Of a stretch of 64,000 nt of DNA, positions 54,001 to 64,000 are shown in pieces. Under the pieces are notes generated by a model that saw nothing but the letters and a program-made list of their open reading frames with translations, was not told the DNA's origin and searched no databases. The translations under genes were made by a program, and so were the position numbers. Each line of letters starts with the position of its first letter. Within the stretch, counting starts at the first letter, position 1. The stretch spans positions 19,778,001 to 19,842,000 of the forward strand of contig OZ059900.1 in assembly GCA_964057225.1 (NCBI GenBank), in the 5' to 3' direction. Origin of the DNA: Auanema rhodensis (Eukaryota; Animalia; Nematoda).

Positions 54001-57000
54001 CCTGTTTTTTTGTCGTGAAAGTGGAACTAGACGTTGTACGAACAATTTTGAGCTAGGTTTCATTGACATTCCATGAGTTTGAACACATGAAATCGTAAGT
54101 CAAAACCTTGTTTACAGCGAAATTTCCAAAAACTGGTTTTCCAGCATAATAAAATATTTCTCATGGGAAATACTGTGTTTTTGTATTTTTCTAGTGTTCA
54201 GCATGTAAAATGCTTCATTTTAGTATGTAACACGCTGAAATTCGTTGCATTTGACGACTCATATGAACAAAAATCGATTTAATCAATATTAGCCATAAGG
54301 GGCGTGCCCTCAGAATATGCTAATTTCCTTAATTTTCTAACCCCTGTTTTTTTGTCGTGAAAGTGGAACTAGACGTTGTACGAACAATTTTGAGCTAGGT
54401 TTCATTGACATTGCATGAGTTTGAACACATGAAATCGTAAGTCAAAACCTTGTTTACAGCGAAATTTCCAAAAACTGGTTTTCCAGCATAATAAAATATT
54501 TCTCATGGGAAATACTGTGTTTTTGTATTTTTCTAGTGTTCAGCATGTAAAATGCTTCATTTTAGTATGTAACACGCTGAAATTCGTTGCATTTGACGAC
54601 TCATATGAACAAAAATCGATTTAATCAATATTAGCCATAAGGGGCGTGCCCTCAGAATATGCTAATTTCCTTAATTTTCTAACCCCTGTTTTTTTGTCGT
54701 GAAAGTGGAACTAGACGTTGTACGAACAATTTTGAGCTAGGTTTCATTGACATTGCATGAGTTTGAACACATGAAATCGTAAGTCAAAACCTTGTTTACA
54801 GCGAAATTTCCAAAAACTGGTTTTCCAGCATAATAAAATATTTCTCATGGGAAATACTGTGTTTTTGTATTTTTCTAGTGTTCAGCATGTAAAATGCTTC
54901 ATTTTAGTATGTAACACGCTGAAATTCGTTGCATTTGACGACTCATATGAACAAAAATCGATTTAATCAATATTAGCCATAAGGGGCGTGCCCTCAGAAT
55001 ATGCTAATTTCCTTAATTTTCTAACCCTTGTTTTTTTGTCGTGAAAGTGGAACTAGACGTTGTACGAACAATTTTGAGCTAGGTTTCATTGACATTGCAT
55101 GAGTTTGAACACATGAAATCGTAAGTCAAAACCTTGTTTACAGCGAAATTTCCAAAAACTGGTTTTCCAGCATAATAAAATATTTCTCATGGGAAATACT
55201 GTGTTTTTGTATTTTTCTAGTGTTCAGCATGTAAAATGCTTCATTTTAGTATGTAACACGCTGAAATTCGTTGCATTTGACGACTCATATGAACAAAAAT
55301 CGATTTAATCAATATTAGCCATAAGGGGCGTGCCCTCAGAATATGCTAATTTCCTTAATTTTCTAACCCTTGTTTTTTTGTCGTGAAAGTGGAACTAGAC
55401 GTTGTACGAACAATTTTGAGCTAGGTTTCATTGACATTGCATGAGTTTGAACACATGAAATCGTAAGTCAAAACCTTGTTTACAGCGAAATTTCCAAAAA
55501 CTGGTTTTCCAGCATAATAAAATATTTCTCATGGGAAATACTGTGTTTTTGTATTTTTCTAGTGTTCAGCATGTAAAATGCTTCATTTTAGTATGTAACA
55601 TGCTGAAATTCGTTGCATTTGACGACTCATATGAACAAAAATCGATTTAATCAATATTAGCCATAAGGGGCGTGCCCTCAGAATATGCTAATTTCCTTAA
55701 TTTTCTAACCCCTGTTTTTTTGTCGTGAAAGTGGAACTAGACGTTGTACGAACAATTTTGAGCTAGGTTTCATTGACATTCCATGAGTTTGAACACATGA
55801 AATCGTAAGTCAAAACCTTGTTTACAGCGAAATTTCCAAAAACTGGTTTTCCAGCATAATAAAATATTTCTCATGGGAAATACTGTGTTTTTGTATTTTT
55901 CTAGTGTTCAGCATGTAAAATGCTTCATTTTAGTATGTAACACGCTGAAATTCGTTGCATTTGACGACTCATATGAACAAAAATCGATTTAATCAATATT
56001 AGCCATAAGGGGCGTGCCCTCAGAATATGCTAATTTCCTTAATTTTCTAACCCCTGTTTTTTTGTCGTGAAAGTGGAACTAGACGTTGTACGAACAATTT
56101 TGAGCTAGGTTTCATTGACATTGCATGAGTTTGAACACATGAAATCGTAAGTCAAAACCTTGTTTACAGCGAAATTTCCAAAAACTGGTTTTCCAGCATA
56201 ATAAAATATTTCTCATGGGAAATACTGTGTTTTTGTATTTTTCTAGTGTTCAGCATGTAAAATGCTTCATTTTAGTATGTAACATGCTGAAATTCGTTGC
56301 ATTTGACGACTCATATGAACAAAAATCGATTTAATCAATATTAGCCATAAGGGGCGTGCCCTCAGAATATGCTAATTTCCTTAATTTTCTAACCCCTGTT
56401 TTTTTGTCGTGAAAGTGGAACTAGACGGTGTACGAACAATTTTGAGCTAGGTTTCATTGACATTGCATGAGTTTGAACACATGAAATCGTAAGTCAAAAC
56501 CTTGTTTACAGCGAAATTTCCAAAAACTGGTTTTCCAGCATAATAAAATATTTCTCATGGGAAATACTGTGTTTTTGTATTTTTCTAGTGTTCAGCATGT
56601 AAAATGCTTCATTTTAGTATGTAACACGCTGAAATTCGTTGCATTTGACGACTCATATGAACAAAAATCGATTTAATCAATATTAGCCATAAGGGGCGTG
56701 CCCTCAGAATATGCTAATTTCCTTAATTTTCTAACCCCTGTTTTTTTGTCGTGAAAGTGGAACTAGACGTTGTACGAACAATTTTGAGCTAGGTTTCATT
56801 GACATTGCATGAGTTTGAACACATGAAATCGTAAGTCAAAACCTTGTTTACAGCGAAATTTCCAAAAACTGGTTTTCCAGCATAATAAAATATTTCTCAT
56901 GGGAAATACTGTGTTTTTGTATTTTTCTAGTGTTCAGCATGTAAAATGCTTCATTTTAGTATGTAACACGCTGAAATTCGTTGCATTTGACGACTCATAT

Positions 57001-60000
57001 GAACAAAAATCGATTTAATCAATATTAGCCATAAGGGGCGTGCCCTCAGAATATGCTAATTTCCTTAATTTTCTAACCCTTGTTTTTTTGTCGTGAAAGT
57101 GGAACTAGACGTTGTACGAACAATTTTGAGCTAGGTTTCATTGACATTGCATGAGTTTGAACACATGAAATCGTAAGTCAAAACCTTGTTTACAGCGAAA
57201 TTTCCAAAAACTGGTTTTCCAGCATAATAAAATATTTCTCATGGGAAATACTGTGTTTTTGTATTTTTCTAGTGTTCAGCATGTAAAATGCTTCATTTTA
57301 GTATGTAACATGCTGAAATTCGTTGCATTTGACGACTCATATGAACAAAAATCGATTTAATCAATATTAGCCATAAGGGGCGTGCCCTCAGAATATGCTA
57401 ATTTCCTTAATTTTCTAACCCCTGTTTTTTTGTCGTGAAAGTGGAACTAGACGTTGTACGAACAATTTTGAGCTAGGTTTCATTGACATTGCATGAGTTT
57501 GAACACATGAAATCGTAAGTCAAAACCTTGTTTACAGCGAAATTTCCAAAAACTGGTTTTCCAGCATAATAAAATATTTCTCATGGGAAATACTGTGTTT
57601 TTGTATTTTTCTAGTGTTCAGCATGTAAAATGCTTCATTTTAGTATGTAACACGCTGAAATTCGTTGCATTTGACGACTCATATGAACAAAAATCGATTT
57701 AATCAATATTAGCCATAAGGGGCGTGCCCTCAGAATATGCTAATTTCCTTAATTTTCTAACCCCTGTTTTTTTGTCGTGAAAGTGGAACTAGACGTTGTA
57801 CGAACAATTTTGAGCTAGGTTTCATTGACATTGCATGAGTTTGAACACATGAAATCGTAAGTCAAAACCTTGTTTACAGCGAAATTTCCAAAAACTGGTT
57901 TTCCAGCATAATAAAATATTTCTCATGGGAAATACTGTGTTTTTGTATTTTTATAGTGTTCAGCATGTAAAATGCTTCATTTTAGTATGTAACACGCTGA
58001 AATTCGTTGCATTTGACGACTCATATGAACAAAAATCGATTTAATCAATATTAGCCATAAGGGGCGTGCCCTCAGAATATGCTAATTTCCTTAATTTTCT
58101 AACCCTTGTTTTTTTGTCGTGAAAGTGGAACTAGACGTTGTACGAACAATTTTGAGCTAGGTTTCATTGACATTGCATGAGTTTGAACACATGAAATCGT
58201 AAGTCAAAACCTTGTTTACAGCGAAATTTCCAAAAACTGGTTTTCCAGCATAATAAAATATTTCTCATGGGAAATACTGTGTTTTTGTATTTTTCTAGTG
58301 TTCAGCATGTAAAATGCTTCATTTTAGTATGTAACACGCTGAAATTCGTTGCATTTGACGACTCATATGAACAAAAATCGATTTAATCAATATTAGCCAT
58401 AAGGGGCGTGCCCTCAGAATATGCTAATTTCCTTAATTTTCTAACCCTTGTTTTTTTGTCGTGAAAGTGGAACTAGACGTTGTACGAACAATTTTGAGCT
58501 AGGTTTCATTGACATTGCATGAGTTTGAACACATGAAATCGTAAGTCAAAACCTTGTTTACAGCGAAATTTCCAAAAACTGGTTTTCCAGCATAATAAAA
58601 TATTTCTCATGGGAAATACTGTGTTTTTGTATTTTTCTAGTGTTCAGCATGTAAAATGCTTCATTTTAGTATGTAACATGCTGAAATTCGTTGCATTTGA
58701 CGACTCATATGAACAAAAATCGATTTAATCAATATTAGCCATAAGGGGCGTGCCCTCAGAATATGCTAATTTCCTTAATTTTCTAACCCCTGTTTTTTTG
58801 TCGTGAAAGTGGAACTAGACGTTGTACGAACAATTTTGAGCCAGGTTTCATTGACATTCCATGAGTTTGAACACATGAAATCGTAAGTCAAAACCTTGTT
58901 TACAGCGAAATTTCCAAAAACTGGTTTTCCAGCATAATAAAATATTTCTCATGGGAAATACTGTGTTTTTGTATTTTTCTAGTGTTCAGCATGTAAAATG
59001 CTTCATTTTAGTATGTAACACGCTGAAATTCGTTGCATTTGACGACTCATATGAACAAAAATCGATTTAATCAATATTAGCCATAAGGGGCGTGCCCTCA
59101 GAATATGCTAATTTCCTTAATTTTCTAACCCCTGTTTTTTGTCGTGAAAGTGGAACTAGACGTTGTACGAACAATTTTGAGCTAGGTTTCATTGACATTG
59201 CATGAGTTTGAACACATGAAATCGTAAGTCAAAACCTTGTTTACAGCGAAATTTCCAAAAACTGGTTTTCCAGCATAATAAAATATTTCTCATGGGAAAT
59301 ACTGTGTTTTTGTATTTTTCTAGTGTTCAGCATGTAAAATGCTTCATTTTAGTATGTAACATGCTGAAATTCGTTGCATTTGACGACTCATATGAACAAA
59401 AATCGATTTAATCAATATTAGCCATAAGGGGCGTGCCCTCAGAATATGCTAATTTCCTTAATTTTCTAACCCCTGTTTTTTTGTCGTGAAAGTGGAACTA
59501 GACGTTGTACGAACAATTTTGAGCTAGGTTTCATTGACATTGCATGAGTTTGAACACATGAAATCGTAAGTCAAAACCTTGTTTACAGCGAAATTTCCAA
59601 AAACTGGTTTTCCAGCATAATAAAATATTTCTCATGGGAAATACTGTGTTTTTGTATTTTTCTAGTGTTCAGCATGTAAAATGCTTCATTTTAGTATGTA
59701 ACACGCTGAAATTCGTTGCATTTGACGACTCATATGAACAAAAATCGATTTAATCAATATTAGCCATAAGGGGCGTGCCCTCAGAATATGCTAATTTCCT
59801 TAATTTTCTAACCCCTGTTTTTTTGTCGTGAAAGTGGAACTAGACGTTGTACGAACAATTTTGAGCTAGGTTTCATTGACATTGCATGAGTTTGAACACA
59901 TGAAATCGTAAGTCAAAACCTTGTTTACAGCGAAATTTCCAAAAACTGGTTTTCCAGCATAATAAAATATTTCTCATGGGAAATACTGTGTTTTTGTATT

Positions 60001-63000
60001 TTTCTAGTGTTCAGCATGTAAAATGCTTCATTTTAGTATGTAACACGCTGAAATTCGTTGCATTTGACGACTCATATGAACAAAAATCGATTTAATCAAT
60101 ATTAGCCATAAGGGGCGTGCCCTCAGAATATGCTAATTTCCTTAATTTTCTAACCCTTGTTTTTTTGTCGTGAAAGTGGAACTAGACGTTGTACGAACAA
60201 TTTTGAGCTAGGTTTCATTGACATTGCATGAGTTTGAACACATGAAATCGTAAGTCAAAACCTTGTTTACAGCGAAATTTCCAAAAACTGGTTTTCCAGC
60301 ATAATAAAATATTTCTCATGGGAAATACTGTGTTTTTGTATTTTTCTAGTGTTCAGCATGTAAAATGCTTCATTTTAGTATGTAACACGCTGAAATTCGT
60401 TGCATTTGACGACTCATATGAACAAAAATCGATTTAATCAATATTAGCCATAAGGGGCGTGCCCTCAGAATATGCTAATTTCCTTAATTTTCTAACCCCT
60501 GTTTTTTTGTCGTGAAAGTGGAACTAGACGTTGTACGAACAATTTTGAGCTAGGTTTCATTGACATTGCATGAGTTTGAACACATGAAATCGTAAGTCAA
60601 AACCTTGTTTACAGCGAAATTTCCAAAAACTGGTTTTCCAGCATAATAAAATATTTCTCATGGGAAATACTGTGTTTTTGTATTTTTCTAGTGTTCAGCA
60701 TGTAAAATGCTTCCTTTTAGTATGTAACACGCTGAAATTCGTTGCATTTGACGACTCATATGAACAAAAATCGATTTAATCAATATTAGCCATAAGGGGC
60801 GTGCCCTCAGAATATGCTAATTTCCTTAGTTTTCTAACCCCTGTTTTTTTGTCGTGAAAGTGGAACTAGACGTTGTACGAACAATTTTGAGCTAGGTTTC
60901 ATTGACATTGCATGAGTTTGAACACATGAAATCGTAAGTCAAAACCTTGTTTACAGCGAAATTTCCAAAAACTGGTTTTCCAGCATAATAAAATATTTCT
61001 CATGGGAAATACTGTGTTTTTGTATTTTTCTAGTGTTCAGCATGTAAAATGCTTCATTTTAGTATGTAACTCGCTGAAATTCGTTGCATTTGACGACTCA
61101 TATGAACAAAAATCGATTTAATCAATATTAGCCATAAGGGGCGTGCCCTCAGAATATGCTAATTTCCTTAATTTTCTAACCCTTGTTTTTTTGTCGTGAA
61201 AGTGGAACTAGACGTTGTACGAACAATTTTGAGCTAGGTTTCATTGACATTGCATGAGTTTGAACACATGAAATCGTAAGTCAAAACCTTGTTTACAGCG
61301 AAATTTCCAAAAACTGGTTTTCCAGCATAATAAAATATTTCTCATGGGAAATACTGTGTTTTTGTATTTTTCTAGTGTTCAGCATGTAAAATGCTTCCTT
61401 TTAGTATGTAACACGCTGAAATTCGTTGCATTTGACGACTCATATGAACAAAAATCGATTTAATCAATATTAGCCATAAGGGGCGTGCCCTCAGAATATG
61501 CTAATTTCCTTAGTTTTCTAACCCCTGTTTTTTTGTCGTGAAAGTGGAACTAGACGTTGTACGAACAATTTTGAGCTAGGTTTCATTGACATTGCATGAG
61601 TTTGAACACATGAAATCGTAAGTCAAAACCTTGTTTACAGCGAAATTTCCAAAAACTGGTTTTCCAGCATAATAAAATATTTCTCATGGGAAATACTGTG
61701 TTTTTGTATTTTTCTAGTGTTCAGCATGTAAAATGCTTCATTTTAGTATGTAACATGCTGAAATTCGTTGCATTTGACGACTCATATGAACAAAAATCGA
61801 TTTAATCAATATTAGCCATAAGGGGCGTGCCCTCAGAATATGCTAATTTCCTTAATTTTCTAACCCCTGTTTTTTTGTCGTGAAAGTGGAACTAGACGTT
61901 GTACGAACAATTTTGAGCTAGGTTTCATTGACATTGCATGAGTTTGAACACATGAAATCGTAAGTCAAAACCTTGTTTACAGCGAAATTTCCAAAAACTG
62001 GTTTTCCAGCATAATAAAATATTTCTCATGGGAAATACTGTGTTTTTGTATTTTTCTAGTGTTCAGCATGTAAAATGCTTCATTTTAGTATGTAACACGC
62101 TGAAATTCGTTGCATTTGACGACTCATATGAACAAAAATCGATTTAATCAATATTAGCCATAAGGGGCGTGCCCTCAGAATATGCTAATTTCCTTAATTT
62201 TCTAACCCCTGTTTTTTTGTCGTGAAAGTGGAACTAGACGTTGTACGAACAATTTTGAGCTAGGTTTCATTGACATTGCATGAGTTTGAACACATGAAAT
62301 CGTAAGTCAAAACCTTGTTTACAGCGAAATTTCCAAAAACTGGTTTTCCAGCATAATAAAATATTTCTCATGGGAAATACTGTGTTTTTGTATTTTTCTA
62401 GTGTTCAGCATGTAAAATGCTTCATTTTAGTATGTAACTCGCTGAAATTCGTTGCATTTGACGACTCATATGAACAAAAATCGATTTAATCAATATTAGC
62501 CATAAGGGGCGTGCCCTCAGAATATGCTAATTTCCTTAATTTTCTAACCCTTGTTTTTTTGTCGTGAAAGTGGAACTAGACGTTGTACGAACAATTTTGA
62601 GCTAGGTTTCATTGACATTGCATGAGTTTGAACACATGAAATCGTAAGTCAAAACCTTGTTTACAGCGAAATTTCCAAAAACTGGTTTTCCAGCATAATA
62701 AAATATTTCTCAAGGGAAATACTGTGTTTTTGTATTTTTCTAGTGTTCAGCATGTAAAATGCTTCCTTTTAGTATGTAACACGCTGAAATTCGTTGCATT
62801 TGACGACTCATATGAACAAAAATCGATTTAATCAATATTAGCCATAAGGGGCGTGCCCTCAGAATATGCTAATTTCCTTAGTTTTCTAACCCCTGTTTTT
62901 TTGTCGTGAAAGTGGAACTAGACGTTGTACGAACAATTTTGAGCTAGGTTTCATTGACATTGCATGAGTTTGAACACATGAAATCGTAAGTCAAAACCTT

Positions 63001-64000
63001 GTTTACAGCGAAATTTCCAAAAACTGGTTTTCCAGCATAATAAAATATTTCTCATGGGAAATACTGTGTTTTTGTATTTTTCTAGTGTTCAGCATGTAAA
63101 ATGCTTCATTTTAGTATGTAACACGCTGAAATTCGTTGCATTTGACGACTCATATGAACAAAAATCGATTTATTCAATATTAGCCATAAGGGGCGTCCCC
63201 TCAGAATATGCTAATTTCCTTAATTTTCTAACCCCTGTTTTTTTGTCGTGAAAGTGGAACTAGACGTTGTACGAACAATTTTGAGCTATGTTTCATTGAC
63301 ATTGCATGAGTTTGAACACATGAAATCGTAAGTCAAAACCTTGTTTACAGCGAAATTTCCAAAAACTGGTTTTCCAGCATAATAAAATATTTCTCATGGG
63401 AAATACTGTGTTTTTGTATTTTTCTAGTGTTCAGCATGTAAAATGCTTCATTTTAGTATGTAACTCGCTGAAATTCGTTGCATTTGACGACTCATATGAA
63501 CAAAAATCGATTTAATCAATATTAGCCATAAGGGGCGTGCCCTCAGAATATGCTAATTTCCTTAATTTTCTAACCCTTGTTTTTTTGTCGTGAAAGTGGA
63601 ACTAGACGTTGTACGAACAATTTTGAGCTAGGTTTCATTGACATTGCATGAGTTTGAACACATGAAATCGTAAGTCAAAACCTTGTTTACAGCGAAATTT
63701 CCAAAAACTGGTTTTCCAGCATAATAAAATATTTCTCATGGGAAATACTGTGTTTTTGTATTTTTCTAGTGTTCAGCATGTAAAATGCTTCCTTTTAGTA
63801 TGTAACACGCTGAAATTCGTTGCATTTGACGACTCATATGAACAAAAATCGATTTAATCAATATTAGCCATAAGGGGCGTGCCCTCAGAATATGCTAATT
63901 TCCTTAGTTTTCTAACCCCTGTTTTTTTGTCGTGAAAGTGGAACTAGACGTTGTACGAACAATTTTGAGCTAGGTTTCATTGACATTGCATGAGTTTGAA

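Larger units (their letters stand above)
24739..64000 (+). repeat. 342-bp tandem satellite array, right contig (114 full monomers + 283-bp partial)
   Basis: Same monomer and orientation; starts at 24739, 25081, 25423 ... 63718. More homogeneous than the left contig, with TGTACGAACA at p235-244 in every copy I read. Confidence 0.99.

Noticed and set aside
1-64000. CRISPR array or tandem gene/RNA cluster (5S, tRNA, snRNA, SL RNA)
   Set aside because: No unique spacers, no cas genes, and no cloverleaf, 5S or snRNA motif that I recognise in the unit. An Rfam/Infernal scan would be the formal test.

Overview
The whole window is one AT-rich (~34% GC by hand count) head-to-tail satellite DNA array with a 342-bp monomer (unit phase AGCATAATAA...GGTTTTCC). 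It holds about 185 complete and 2 partial copies, all in the same orientation and typically within 0-4 substitutions of consensus. A 200-N scaffold gap at 24539-24738 interrupts it. I find no credible protein-coding gene, RNA gene, mobile element or CRISPR array: the four ORFs supplied are gap artefacts or single stop-loss variants of the satellite. The pattern fits eukaryotic centromeric/pericentromeric heterochromatin (inference); I cannot name the family or species. The interesting content is in the variant pattern and monomer architecture: (i) local higher-order repeats (8-mer, 6-mer, 4-mer, 5-mer, 7/9-mer) that change every few kb; (ii) chimeric monomers that map unequal-crossover breakpoints to 23-40 bp; (iii) different variant sets on either side of the gap and nested variant domains on the right; (iv) a monomer rich in dyad symmetries, several perfected by recurrent variants; (v) faint 2x171-bp ancestry; (vi) speculative poly(A) and splice-like signals. 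Monomer positions (p1-p342) use the phase of copy 1, so they equal window coordinates 1-342. All counts were made by eye.
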